A DNA stretch of 64,000 nucleotides, from the NCBI GenBank assembly GCA_023229245.1, contig JALNZU010000004.1, forward strand, positions 11,411 through 75,410, written 5' to 3'. Within the stretch, counting starts at the first letter, position 1, and the number at the start of each line of letters is the position of its first letter. The position numbers were made by a program, and so were the translations under genes. The notes below the pieces were generated by a model that made no database searches, had not been told where the DNA came from, and was given only the letters and a program-made list of their open reading frames with translations. This stretch comes from Bacteroidales bacterium (lineage in GTDB: Bacteria > Bacteroidota > Bacteroidia > Bacteroidales > F082). Positions 10,401-19,338 of the stretch are shown piece by piece.

Positions 10401-11664
10401 TTTTCTAACCGATCAATCCAATCCGGCTCACTGGGAACAAATCCATCAGATCGATTCGGCTGCTATCTGGTCAATACGCAGGCAGCTTAAAAAAGAGCTG
10501 ATCAGCTATTTGAAGAACAAGATCAGGAATGACCTTACCAAGCGTCAGGAAAGCCCGAAGCTTATCTTAAAAACTATTGATGCCTTGAACGATCATGCGT
10601 TGATAATCGGCTTTGCCCGTAGATTTGCTACCTATAAGCGAGCTCACCTGTTGTTCTCTAATTTAGAGCGTCTGTCCGAATTAGTGAATAAGACCGATCG
10701 CCAACTTATCTTCTTGTTTGCTGGCAAAGCACATCCGAATGATAAGGCTGGGCAAGACCTGATCAAACGAATTATTGAGATAAGCAAAACTCCTCCATTC
10801 ATAGGTAAGATAGTGTTTGTCGAAAACTATGATATGGAACTTGGACATAAGCTTACCAGCAGCTGTGACATATGGCTGAACACGCCAACACGGCCTTTGG
10901 AGGCTTCGGGAACTAGCGGTGAGAAAGCGGTGATGAACGGAGTCTTGAACTTCTCTGTGTTAGACGGATGGTGGGCCGAAGGATACAAACCTAATGCTGG
11001 TTGGGCCATTGAAGAGCAGCGAATGTATCAAAATCAGTCCTTTCAGGATGAACTGGACGCTGAGACCATATACACACTGCTTGAAACAGAAATAATACCT
11101 GCCTTTTTCGATAGAAACTCGGAAGGTATACCGGAAAAGTGGATAGGATTTATTCGAAATAATATCGCCCAGATAGCACCGCACTTCACTATGAAACGGA
11201 TGTTGGACGATTATTTTGAAAAGTTTTATCACAAATTGGCTGCTCGTACCAAAGCGTTAGTGGATAATCATTATGAAAAAGCTATCAGTCTGACGGCCTG
11301 GAAGCAAAAAGTCAGTGCAGCATGGGAACATATTGAAGTAGCTTCTATCAAAGTCCCTGATCCTACTATTCGTCCGTTGAATTTTGGAGAAAACTTTGTA
11401 GCCGAGATTACCTTGAAAACTCCTGGCTTGCTGCCGGGCGATATATGTATTGAACTGATGTTTGGCAGGAAATTATTCGACAAAATTGATGAGATCGTTT
11501 TTGTTGAACGCATGAGTATTATAGGTTCTGGCGAAGACTGGGTGCAATATCATGTGAATGTAGCTGTCAATCGGGCAGGAGTATATGATTATACATTCCG
11601 TATCAGTCCACAGCATGCCGAGCTACCTCATCGTCAGGATTTTCCTTTGGTAAAATGGATCTGA
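7438..11664 (+). CDS. Fusion protein: GT3 glycogen synthase (N-terminal ~540 aa) + GT35 alpha-glucan phosphorylase (C-terminal ~830 aa)
   Basis: Single uninterrupted 1408-aa frame. GT3 motifs: FEVSWEVSNMVGGIYTV and FPSYYEPWGYTPLES (E-x7-E). GT35/DUF3417-type motifs: NLWWSWN, YFSMEYGLH..YSGGLGVLAGD, GKAHPNDKAGQ, EASGTSGEKAVMNG (PLP-lysine position retained). Confidence 0.85.
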   Translation: MRKPSYVFEVSWEVSNMVGGIYTVLSSKANVMRKTWGDNYITIGPDVWMETRTNPYFTEDTTLFEQWKQKLANQGFKVRIGRWNIPARPIAILIDFTPLLSEKDRIFADLWETYKLDSIHGQWDYIEPAMFGYASGKLIESFYNFFLTGYDDVLAHYHEWMTGTGILYLKQHCPQIATAFTTHATFLGRSLAGNNLPLYKDLEAYNPSAMANRFNITAQQSLESLSAQQTDAFTTVSQITAKECKQFLGRQPDVITNNGFDDEFSGTIEQQASKRNAAREKILSVASKLYGSTLNDDTILILNSGRYEFKNKGIDLYIDALAQLNNDKNLKKDILAVIAVPANSSGPNLKLQQCLSDDECQAAYPDNIASHHLHDADHDPVLVRLKEKGLINGKGNRIKMMYVPVYLNGNDGIFDLKYYDFLAGFDLTVFPSYYEPWGYTPLESIAFGIPTITTDLAGFGLWVQSLQLKTKAVQVIPRQEDIHEKAVDELTKAINTFIHLNPTELQQCVSDARNIASKAQWTELISNYFEAWDMALSKLEQRESVFVAQKTAETLRTITLSKQDQPTWKKILFQPVYTQELNKLHEMAQNLWWSWNTDAISLFESIDAEAWEKHEQNPIALMEELTSEQMEALENDQEFIAQLNMVYTKFQDYMTAEVAADDLIAYFSMEYGLHKSLKIYSGGLGVLAGDYLKEASDSRVNLIAMGLLYRYGYFQQDISLIGDQLAQYIPQKFTHLPLEPVRDADGNWVIVRIAFPGRVVTAKAWKVKVGRISLFLLDTDIEENSMEDRRITHQLYGGDSEMRFKQEMILGIGGIRLLKKLNINPVIYHSNEGHSAFIGLERLRMLIEKKQLNFSQAQEVVRASTLFTTHTPVPAGHDAFEEHVLRTYMPHYAERLNISWEEFIGLGRFHPNDPNEKFSMSVLAANLSQEVNGVSQIHGRVSREMFQQLYPGYFANELHISHVTNGVHYFTWTNRLFQELYENNFPKSFLTDQSNPAHWEQIHQIDSAAIWSIRRQLKKELISYLKNKIRNDLTKRQESPKLILKTIDALNDHALIIGFARRFATYKRAHLLFSNLERLSELVNKTDRQLIFLFAGKAHPNDKAGQDLIKRIIEISKTPPFIGKIVFVENYDMELGHKLTSSCDIWLNTPTRPLEASGTSGEKAVMNGVLNFSVLDGWWAEGYKPNAGWAIEEQRMYQNQSFQDELDAETIYTLLETEIIPAFFDRNSEGIPEKWIGFIRNNIAQIAPHFTMKRMLDDYFEKFYHKLAARTKALVDNHYEKAISLTAWKQKVSAAWEHIEVASIKVPDPTIRPLNFGENFVAEITLKTPGLLPGDICIELMFGRKLFDKIDEIVFVERMSIIGSGEDWVQYHVNVAVNRAGVYDYTFRISPQHAELPHRQDFPLVKWI

Positions 11665-11687
11665 GGGTAGGTGGCAAGTCCTTTTAA

Positions 11688-11724
11688 ACAATCAGGCGGA
11701 TACAAAAAGTATCCGCCTGATTGT
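11688..11724. terminator. Bidirectional rho-independent terminator between convergent genes
   Basis: Perfect 16-bp stem (acaatcaggcggatac / gtatccgcctgattgt) with an aaaaa loop. Lies between the stop at 11664 (+) and the stop at 11734 (-). Confidence 0.75.
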
Positions 11725-11733
11725 TATTGGCTT

Positions 11734-13197
11734 TTATTTTTCCGGGATATTTTTCAATATATCTAAGGTAAGGTCCCAGAATTTTTGTACCGTACTTATT
11801 TCGATGCGCTCATCTGGTGAGTGGGCACCTTTTATAGTAGGACCATAGGAGATCATATCCATCCCCGGGTATTTGTCTCCTATAAGACCACATTCAAGTC
11901 CGGCGTGTATGGCTTTTACTACAGGTTGTGTAGTAAACAGTTTATTGTAGGATGCTACGGTGATTTCGCGTATAACTGAATCAGGGTTTGGTTCCCAGCC
12001 CGGATATCCATTGCTGTGTTCGACTTGTGCTCCGGCTAACTCAAAGCAAGCACGTACCATATTAGCTACGTCTTCTTTAGCCGATTCAACCGAGCTACGC
12101 TGACTGGTAGTAATCAGAAAATGATCTGGCTCCATGCGTACTGCTGCTAAATTAGTTGAGGTCTCTACAAAATCAGGTATGCGTTGCGACCAGGCAATCA
12201 CCCCATGTGGACAAGCGTATAAGCTGGAAAATAAACGCCCTTGAGCTGATCGGGAAACGATTTTGTCGATGGATTGCTCATGAACAGCATGGTGTATATG
12301 CAGATTGGGTTCGATAACAGCAAATTCATTGCGTATGTCATGAGCCAACTGCCGGACGAAAGCTTCAAAATCATTTTGATGCTGGAGTGGTACTAAAACA
12401 ACAGCCTTAGCTTCTCTTGCGATGGCATTGCGCAAATTGCCCCCTTCCAGAAAAGCAAGCCGTATCTCAAAACTGTGATGAGCACCCCATAAAATTCTGG
12501 TGATAATTTTGTTGGCATTGCCTAATCCTTTGTGGATATCATCACCCGAATGACCGCCTTTTAAGCCTGATACAGTGATTTCAAATGCCTGATGATCAGT
12601 CGGAGGATACTCGAGAGTGTATGGCAGTTGGATCACCGTATCTTTTCCACCAGCACATCCAATAAATAGCTCGCCTTCATCTTCTGAATCTAAATTAAGT
12701 AAAATACGACCTTTCATAAACTCACTATCCAAACCGAAAGCACCTGTCAACCCCGTTTCTTCATCTACAGTAAAAAGCGCTTCGATGGGCCCATGAGCTA
12801 TGTCATCCGCAGCCAAAATTGCAAGTTGTGCCGCCACACCTATACCGTCATCAGCGCCTAAGGTAGTGCCATTGGCTTTAACCCAGCCGCCCTCAATGAG
12901 TACTTCAATAGGATCGCGATCGAAATCATGAACCTTGTCGCTGTTTTTCTCACATACCATATCTACATGGCTCTGTAGGACAACCGTTTTACGGTTTTCC
13001 ATGCCCGGTGTGGCAGGCTTTCGGATCAACACATTCCCTACCGTATCCTGCTCGTGATCCAACGAATGCTTCTGTGCAAAATCAAGCAGGTATTTAATGA
13101 TTTGTTCTTCTTTTTTAGAAGGTCTGGGTATCAAAGTGATATCACGGAAATAAGTCCAAACCTCTTTAGGAGCTAATTCAAGCAAAATAGTATTCAT
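11734..13197 (-). CDS. pepD: Aminoacyl-histidine (Xaa-His) dipeptidase, M20C family
   Basis: 487 aa. PepD-like N-terminus (LAPKEVWTYFRDITLIPRPSKKE), metal-site motifs HVDMV, DDGIGVA and DEETGLTGA, and C-terminal GPTIKGAHSPDERI. Confidence 0.85.
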   Translation of the reverse strand: MNTILLELAPKEVWTYFRDITLIPRPSKKEEQIIKYLLDFAQKHSLDHEQDTVGNVLIRKPATPGMENRKTVVLQSHVDMVCEKNSDKVHDFDRDPIEVLIEGGWVKANGTTLGADDGIGVAAQLAILAADDIAHGPIEALFTVDEETGLTGAFGLDSEFMKGRILLNLDSEDEGELFIGCAGGKDTVIQLPYTLEYPPTDHQAFEITVSGLKGGHSGDDIHKGLGNANKIITRILWGAHHSFEIRLAFLEGGNLRNAIAREAKAVVLVPLQHQNDFEAFVRQLAHDIRNEFAVIEPNLHIHHAVHEQSIDKIVSRSAQGRLFSSLYACPHGVIAWSQRIPDFVETSTNLAAVRMEPDHFLITTSQRSSVESAKEDVANMVRACFELAGAQVEHSNGYPGWEPNPDSVIREITVASYNKLFTTQPVVKAIHAGLECGLIGDKYPGMDMISYGPTIKGAHSPDERIEISTVQKFWDLTLDILKNIPEK

Positions 13198-13390
13198 AAG
13201 AGTTGTATTAAATAAGCTACAAATGTAATGAATGCGAATGAAAGACCAAACCTCTTACAATGGATTCTCAACAAGGATTTTCACAATAGCCCCTACTATA
13301 TGAGAGATGACAGGCTCAACGGTATCGATGACTTGGTCTTACCGTACCAGTTTGTAGTCAAAGCTAAATGGAAATGATGCAGCTATACGC

Positions 13391-14050
13391 TTAGCTGGTA
13401 TGGCAGTTTTTAAGTTGATGTATGATCTCCTGAGGATTATCAGCACTAAAAATGGCATTTCCGGCAACTAAAATATCAGCTCCGTGTCGTACTAATTTAG
13501 CTGCATTTTCAACATCTACACCTCCATCCACTTCTATAAGTGCTTGTGATCCCCGACCTATCAGCATCTCTTTTAACTCGCTTATCTTGCGGTAGCTATG
13601 CTCGATGAATTGTTGCCCGCCAAAGCCTGGGTTGACCGACATCAGCAAAATATAATCTACCTCTTCGACTATATATTCCAACAGCGAGAGAGCAGTATGC
13701 GGGTTAAGTACTATACCTGCCTTCATGCCAAGGCTACGAATCTGTTGCAGGCTTCTATGGGCATGTATGGATGCTTCTATATGTATGGAGAGCATATCGG
13801 CACCAGCATCGTGAAACGCAGCTATATAGCGTTCGGGTTCTACTATCATCAGATGCACGTCAAGTGGTTTTTGTGCCAGCTTTTTGATAGCTCTTATAAC
13901 TGGTAACCCAAAGGAGATATTAGGTACAAATCTGCCGTCCATCACATCGCAATGGATCCAGTCGGCCTCACTTTGGTTGATCATATGAATAGCTTTTCCT
14001 AATTCTAAGAAATCAGCCGAAAGTAAAGAAGGTGCGATGAGTGGTTTCAT
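13391..14050 (-). CDS. rpe: Ribulose-phosphate 3-epimerase
   Basis: 219 aa. IAPSLLSADF, HCDVMDGRFVPNISFG, HLMI and MSVNPGFGGQQF are canonical Rpe motifs. Confidence 0.92.
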   Translation of the reverse strand: MKPLIAPSLLSADFLELGKAIHMINQSEADWIHCDVMDGRFVPNISFGLPVIRAIKKLAQKPLDVHLMIVEPERYIAAFHDAGADMLSIHIEASIHAHRSLQQIRSLGMKAGIVLNPHTALSLLEYIVEEVDYILLMSVNPGFGGQQFIEHSYRKISELKEMLIGRGSQALIEVDGGVDVENAAKLVRHGADILVAGNAIFSADNPQEIIHQLKNCHTS

Positions 14051-14110
14051 TAGTTTTGATGTTGTTCATGCAAAAGTATGCGTTTTCAGCCGGTTTTGTA
14101 TCTGTAAATA

Positions 14111-14139
14111 AAAAAACCTTACTAACTGCAAGGTTTTTT
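14111..14139 (-). terminator. Candidate rho-independent terminator downstream of rpoD
   Basis: aaaaaacctt / aaggtttttt stem with a 9-nt loop, 9 nt beyond the rpoD stop. AT-rich, with a T-run on the minus strand. Confidence 0.45.
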
Positions 14140-14147
14140 TAAGCTGT

Positions 14148-15008
14148 TTACAGATATGTCTTCAGGATTTTACTTCTGCTGGTATGTTTCAGGCGGCGTA
14201 TAGCTTTTTCTTTGATCTGCCTTACCCGTTCACGGGTGAGATCGAATTGTTCGCCTATTTCTTCTAGTGTCATCGGATGGCCGCCATTCAATCCAAAATA
14301 CAGTCTGATCACATTTGCTTCACGTTGGGTGAGGGTTGAGATGGCACGGTCTATCTCTTTTCTTAGTGATTCGTACAGCAGTTCGGTTTCCGGTGTGATG
14401 GCTTCTTCGCTTTTGAGCACATCGTACATAGTGTTGTCCTCGTCCTGAATAAGGGGTGCATCCATTGAGATATGTCTTCCCGCATTCTTCATAGACTCTT
14501 TGACTTCATTCTCGGTGATTTCGAGCAGACCAGCAATTTCTGTTGCATTGGGTTCGCGCTCGTATTCTTGTTCCAACTTAGCATAGGCTTTGTTGATCTT
14601 GTTGATCGACCCAATTTTGTTGAGTGGTAAACGCACTATGCGCGACTGCTCGGCCAGGGCTTGCAGGATAGACTGACGTATCCACCATACGGCATAAGAG
14701 ATGAACTTAAAGCCACGTGTCTCATCAAATCGTTGAGCTGCTTTTATCAAGCCTAAATTCCCTTCATTAATCAGGTCGGGTAGGCTAAGCCCTTGATTTT
14801 GATATTGTTTGGAAACAGAAACCACAAAACGTAAGTTGGCTTTGGTTAGTTTTTCCAAAGCTGATTTATCGCCTTGTTTTATACGTTGAGCCAGCTCTAC
14901 CTCTTCTTCTGCTGTGATCAGTTCAACCTTCCCTATCTCCTGAAGGTATTTATCCAGCGAAGCATTTTCACGATTTGTAACTTGTTTGGTGATCTTAAGT
15001 TGCCTCAT
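14148..15008 (-). CDS. rpoD: RNA polymerase primary sigma factor (Bacteroidetes-type short sigma-70)
   Basis: 286 aa. Regions 2-4 recognisable ([59 protein letters not shown]). The short N-terminus is typical of Bacteroidetes SigA. Confidence 0.9.
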   Translation of the reverse strand: MRQLKITKQVTNRENASLDKYLQEIGKVELITAEEEVELAQRIKQGDKSALEKLTKANLRFVVSVSKQYQNQGLSLPDLINEGNLGLIKAAQRFDETRGFKFISYAVWWIRQSILQALAEQSRIVRLPLNKIGSINKINKAYAKLEQEYEREPNATEIAGLLEITENEVKESMKNAGRHISMDAPLIQDEDNTMYDVLKSEEAITPETELLYESLRKEIDRAISTLTQREANVIRLYFGLNGGHPMTLEEIGEQFDLTRERVRQIKEKAIRRLKHTSRSKILKTYL

Positions 15009-15074
15009 GTACTCAAAATTTCGGTTTATGTATCTTTATTCTTTTCTTACGCAATTAGTTGAACAATTGTTGCA

Positions 15075-17216
15075 TTATTTTTGACGGTTTTCGGGCTTTG
15101 GCAGTAAAACTTTACGCGAGAGCTTCATCTTATTGGTTTTGGCATCTACTCCAACTAACTTAACTTTCACTTTGTCGCCTACCTTTAACACACTCTCTAC
15201 ATTTTCCAGCCTTCTCCATTCGATTTCAGATATATGTAATAGCCCATCTTTTCCTGGAAATATCTCTACGAATGCTCCAAAAGGTACGATACTTTTTACG
15301 GTGCCCAGATATACTTCGCCTACTTCAGGTACGGCTACTATAGCCCGGATACGTGCTTTTGCCAATTCAATAGATTCTTTATTGGGCGACACTATATCGA
15401 TCACTCCAAAGTCACCCTTTTCTTCAATAACGATCACTGTATTGGTTTCACGTTGCATTTCTTGTATGATCTTTCCGCCAGGTCCTATGATGGCACCAAT
15501 AAACTCTTTATCAACCACCATCTTCTCGATGCGTGGTACTATGTCTTTATAGTCGGGGCGCGGATCGGTAATCGTCTTTGCCATCTCATCAAGTATGTGC
15601 AGACGTCCTTTTTTTGCCTGTTCTAATGCTATCTGAAGGACTTCGTAGGTCAGGCCGTCTACTTTAATATCCATCTGACAGGCTGTGATACCGTCTTTAG
15701 TGCCTGTAACCTTGAAGTCCATATCGCCTAAATGGTCTTCATCGCCTAAAATATCCGATAATACTGCATACTTTCCGTCACGACCTTCCGAGATGAGTCC
15801 CATTGCTATCCCGGCTACTGGTTTTTTAATCTTCACACCGGCGTCCAACAAAGCTAATGTGCCGCCACAAACCGAGGCCATAGACGATGATCCATTGGAT
15901 TCGAGTATGTCGGATACCACACGTATGGTATATGGATTTTCGTCTCCGTTTGGTATCATAGGTTTGAGAGCTCTCTCAGCCAGGTTGCCATGGCCTACCT
16001 CTCTGCGGCTTACGCTACGCATTGGCTTAACCTCACCAGTGCTGAACCCCGGAAAGTTATAGTGAAGCATGAAGTTGGATGTGCCTTCTATCACTGCCCC
16101 GTCTATGGTTTGTTCATCCATTTTATTACCTAAAGTAACTGTCACTAATGATTGGGTCTCACCTCTTGTAAAGATAGCCGAGCCATGGGTAGAGGGTAAA
16201 TAATCTACTTCGCACCATATAGGTCTTATTTCATCTAATTTTCTGCCATCTAGCCTTACTCGTTCGTTGAGTATGACATCGCGCACCGCTTTTTTCTCCA
16301 CTTCATGGAAATAGCGTTTAACCAATGGCTCTTTTTCTTCCCTTTCTTCTTCTGCTATGCCTTCCATAAACTGTTCTCTTATAGCTTTAAAAGCATCGGA
16401 GCGCTCATGTTTGTTAGGATTGCCTTTCAATGCTAATTCGTAGCAAGGAGTATAAGCAAAAGCTACTACAGCAGCTTTTAGTTCTTCATCATTATCCTCA
16501 TGGTTATACTCACGTTTAGGAGAAGCTTTCCCGACTTGAGATGCTAATTGAAGCTGTGCCTCACATTGTACTTTAATGGCATCGTGGGCAAACTTAAGTG
16601 CTTCTAACATCACTTCTTCCGAAACCTCTTTCGATTCGCCTTCTACCATCATAATATTATCTTTGGTAGCGGCTACCATCAGATCAAGATCGGCTTCTTC
16701 AAGTAAGGACATTGATGGATTGACAACAAACTCACCATTGATGCGGGCTACCCGTACTTCCGATATAGGGCCGCCAAACGGTATATCCGATACGGACAAG
16801 GCTGCTGATGCAGCTAATGCTACAAATGAATCGGGCAATACATCGTTTTCACCAGAAATAAGATTGATAATCACTTGGGTATCTGCATGATAATCATCAG
16901 GAAACAAAGGGCGCAGGGCCCGATCGGCTAGACGTGCTATGAGTACTTCATAGTCGGACGGACGTCCTTCACGTTTGAAAAAACCACCTGGAAATTTACC
17001 GGTAGCTGCATATTTTTCTTTGTACTCAACAGAAAGCGGCATGAAGTCGACATCAGCACGTGCTTCTTCTTCCGATACAACCGTAGCAAGCAGCATGGTT
17101 TTGCCAACTGTTACTACAACGGCACCGTCGGCCTGCTTTGCTAACCTGCCCGTTTCAAGAGTTACTATCCTTCCGTCAGGCAGTTCAAACGATTGTTTAA
17201 TTCCTTGTGGACTCAT
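15075..17216 (-). CDS. pnp: Polyribonucleotide nucleotidyltransferase (PNPase)
   Basis: Two RNase PH domains plus KH and S1 ([20 protein letters not shown]). The ORF-track start at 17258 would run into the rpsO terminator hairpin. The ATG at 17216 ([16 protein letters not shown]) fits PNPase N-termini. Confidence 0.92.
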   Translation of the reverse strand: MSPQGIKQSFELPDGRIVTLETGRLAKQADGAVVVTVGKTMLLATVVSEEEARADVDFMPLSVEYKEKYAATGKFPGGFFKREGRPSDYEVLIARLADRALRPLFPDDYHADTQVIINLISGENDVLPDSFVALAASAALSVSDIPFGGPISEVRVARINGEFVVNPSMSLLEEADLDLMVAATKDNIMMVEGESKEVSEEVMLEALKFAHDAIKVQCEAQLQLASQVGKASPKREYNHEDNDEELKAAVVAFAYTPCYELALKGNPNKHERSDAFKAIREQFMEGIAEEEREEKEPLVKRYFHEVEKKAVRDVILNERVRLDGRKLDEIRPIWCEVDYLPSTHGSAIFTRGETQSLVTVTLGNKMDEQTIDGAVIEGTSNFMLHYNFPGFSTGEVKPMRSVSRREVGHGNLAERALKPMIPNGDENPYTIRVVSDILESNGSSSMASVCGGTLALLDAGVKIKKPVAGIAMGLISEGRDGKYAVLSDILGDEDHLGDMDFKVTGTKDGITACQMDIKVDGLTYEVLQIALEQAKKGRLHILDEMAKTITDPRPDYKDIVPRIEKMVVDKEFIGAIIGPGGKIIQEMQRETNTVIVIEEKGDFGVIDIVSPNKESIELAKARIRAIVAVPEVGEVYLGTVKSIVPFGAFVEIFPGKDGLLHISEIEWRRLENVESVLKVGDKVKVKLVGVDAKTNKMKLSRKVLLPKPENRQK

Positions 17217-17260
17217 AAATTCAGGTAATTGGATTTGTTCAGACCTTGCAAAATGCAAAA

Positions 17261-17287
17261 AAAAGGCAATTCAACTGATTGCCTTTT
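17261..17287 (-). terminator. Hairpin in the rpsO-pnp spacer (terminator/processing stem)
   Basis: aaaaggcaat / attgcctttt 10-bp stem with a 7-nt loop, followed by a T-run on the minus strand. Lies 26 nt downstream of the rpsO stop. Confidence 0.6.
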
Positions 17288-17312
17288 TTAGACGCTAAAG
17301 TCATTTGTTATC

Positions 17313-17582
17313 TTATTTGCGGATACCTAATTTCTTAATGATCTCGCGGTACCTTTCAATGTCTTTCTCCTTTAAATAATCAAGAAGCTTTCTTCTCTTA
17401 CCTACTAAACGTACTAACGCACGCATGGTGGCCATATCCTTTTTGTGGGTCTTTAAGTGTTCGGTCAGATGTTTGATCCTGAAAGAAAACAGAGCAATCT
17501 GGCCTTCAGCAGAACCGGTATCAACAGCACTCTGACCATATTCAGTGAAAATTCCCGTCTTTTTTTCTGCGGTTAAATACAT
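17313..17582 (-). CDS. rpsO: 30S ribosomal protein S15
   Basis: 89 aa. GSAEGQIALFSFRIKHLTEHLKTHKKD...LVGKRRKLLDYL is canonical S15. Confidence 0.95.
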   Translation of the reverse strand: MYLTAEKKTGIFTEYGQSAVDTGSAEGQIALFSFRIKHLTEHLKTHKKDMATMRALVRLVGKRRKLLDYLKEKDIERYREIIKKLGIRK

Positions 17583-17610
17583 AGTATGTGTGTTACAAAA
17601 TTTAAGCCTG

Positions 17611-17643
17611 CAAAAATAGTACTTTTTCTTAATCTATTGCAAA
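17611..17643 (-). promoter_or_regulatory. Candidate rpsO promoter (TTTG -33, 21-nt spacer, TATTTTTG -7 box)
   Basis: The minus strand reads gcTTTGcaatagattaagaaaaagtacTATTTTTGcagg, ~28 nt upstream of the rpsO ATG. Confidence 0.4.
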
Positions 17644-17837
17644 GCTAAAGCGTTTTTTTCAAAAACTTACTACTAATGCGGGTTTTATAAGGGCAAAAAA
17701 AGTTAAAAGATTGAAAACAAGGCAAAGATAGCAGTTTTATTGACAGCTAAGACTATTTTTGCCCGTATAAGCCAGAAATTATTTTGTTGATCAAGGCTTA
17801 TGAATTACAACTTACTGCTAATTAAACAAAAAAAGTT

Positions 17838-18368
17838 ATGGAGAAAGAATTTGTCGTCTTAGTTGATCCTCAAGATAATCCGATCGGATTAATGGAAAAA
17901 ATGGAGGCTCATCAGAAAGCTGTGTTACACAGAGCTTTCTCGGTGTTTATTTTTAATGGCAAAGGTGAGATGTTGCTGCAACAGCGTGCCTTTAGCAAAT
18001 ATCATACACCCGGTCTGTGGACAAACGCCTGCTGCAGCCATCCCCGAAATGGCGAATCGTTGGAACAAGCTACCGCCCGTCGATTAAAAGAAGAAATGGG
18101 AATGCAATGCGAGATCACCAAGGCATTCGATTTTTTGTATAAAGCCGATGTAGGTCAGGGACTCATAGAACATGAAGTGGATCATGTGTTCTTAGGTATA
18201 ACAGATCAGCAACCAACTATTAATCCTGATGAGGTAGCTTCATGGAAGTATATGCCTATGGATGAACTTAAAAAAGACATACAAACAAATCCAGAAAACT
18301 ATACCGCATGGTTTAAAATTGCGTTCGACCGGCTTGTAGCTTTTTATGAGGAACAGCAAGCCAAATAG
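17838..18368 (+). CDS. idi: Isopentenyl-diphosphate delta-isomerase, type 1 (Nudix fold)
   Basis: 176 aa. LHRAFSVFIFN, QQRAFSKYHTPGLWTNACCSHP, EEMG and EHEVDHVF align with E. coli Idi. Confidence 0.85.
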   Translation: MEKEFVVLVDPQDNPIGLMEKMEAHQKAVLHRAFSVFIFNGKGEMLLQQRAFSKYHTPGLWTNACCSHPRNGESLEQATARRLKEEMGMQCEITKAFDFLYKADVGQGLIEHEVDHVFLGITDQQPTINPDEVASWKYMPMDELKKDIQTNPENYTAWFKIAFDRLVAFYEEQQAK

Positions 18369-18465
18369 TAGGTAAATATACATCCGATTGAATGAGCCCT
18401 GCTGTATTTTTGTTAGGACTATATTGAAGTTCAGGCTTGAATAAATGAGATGTTTTTTATAAAAA

Positions 18466-18490
18466 AAAGCCCGCTTTTACAGCAGGCTTT
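18466..18490 (-). terminator. Candidate terminator downstream of the beta-barrel protein gene
   Basis: The minus strand reads aaagcctgct-gtaaa-agcgggcttt (one mismatch) followed by tttttttt. Confidence 0.5.
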
Positions 18491-18514
18491 CTCACAATAA
18501 ACAAAATTTCAATC

Positions 18515-19027
18515 CTAAAACTTGAGTGTTAATCCTACGTTAAGTAATGAAATTCCGTATCCTAATTCGGCAAACAATCCAAAACTTTCGCCAAAGTGAT
18601 ATCTTGCTCCCACAAAGCCCGCATAGGCTAATCCCCCAACAGTGGGAAGCGGTAGATTAGATGAGCCATCTTCTTTTATCGAAGCGATGTTGTAGCCTAA
18701 TAAAGCACCCCCATACGTGTCAATATTATCTACTAAGTCTAAATGATACGCACCACGAGCACCTACGATCATATAGGTGTAATTCCATGAATAGAAAACG
18801 GCATCAAGTTTTGAACTGGTATAGCCAAAATATCCGCCAATACTTATCTGATCGTTGATTCCCACGTCAAAAGATAAAGATATAGGTGGAATAGAGGCTT
18901 TACCGGCTATAAAACCGGAACCAAATCCTACACCAATATTGAGGTCCTTTTGACCTTTCTCATACTGCGCAAATGTGAAACTGGCAAAACCAAACACTAA
19001 AATTAAAATAAAGCTAATCTTTTTCAT
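18515..19027 (-). CDS. Small outer-membrane beta-barrel (porin-family) protein
   Basis: 170 aa. Signal peptide (MKKISFILILVFGFASFTFA), alternating Gly/aromatic beta-strand pattern, and a C-terminal ...GLTLKF ending in Phe. Confidence 0.6.
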   Translation of the reverse strand: MKKISFILILVFGFASFTFAQYEKGQKDLNIGVGFGSGFIAGKASIPPISLSFDVGINDQISIGGYFGYTSSKLDAVFYSWNYTYMIVGARGAYHLDLVDNIDTYGGALLGYNIASIKEDGSSNLPLPTVGGLAYAGFVGARYHFGESFGLFAELGYGISLLNVGLTLKF

Positions 19028-19338
19028 TTAATTCGTTTTTTAAAAATGCCTACTCTGAATGCTTTTCGGCTTCCGCAAAAGGATATACGGCAAAAATCAA
19101 GTGAAAAAGAGGGTGTGCATCTACGTAAAAAGTCGTATTTATCTACGACTTAACACTATAAAAAAGGCGTTAAAGGATTTATAATCAGGTAAAGACAAGT
19201 TAATTCATCTGCTATGAGATATCTGGCAGAAAATTCAGTGTTGAAGACTGTAAACCAAAAATAGTTTCTTATGGCACTATAAACCAATGTCCTAAAACTT
19301 TCAGCTGACGGCTGATACTGCTTTTACCAGGCTATATT

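Noticed and set aside
15133-16062. Plus-strand ORFs of 139 and 125 aa (and 104 and 107 aa further on) opposite pnp.
   Set aside because: The Ser/Thr/Pro-rich translations are characteristic of the antisense frame of a highly expressed gene. There are no start-context or promoter signals.
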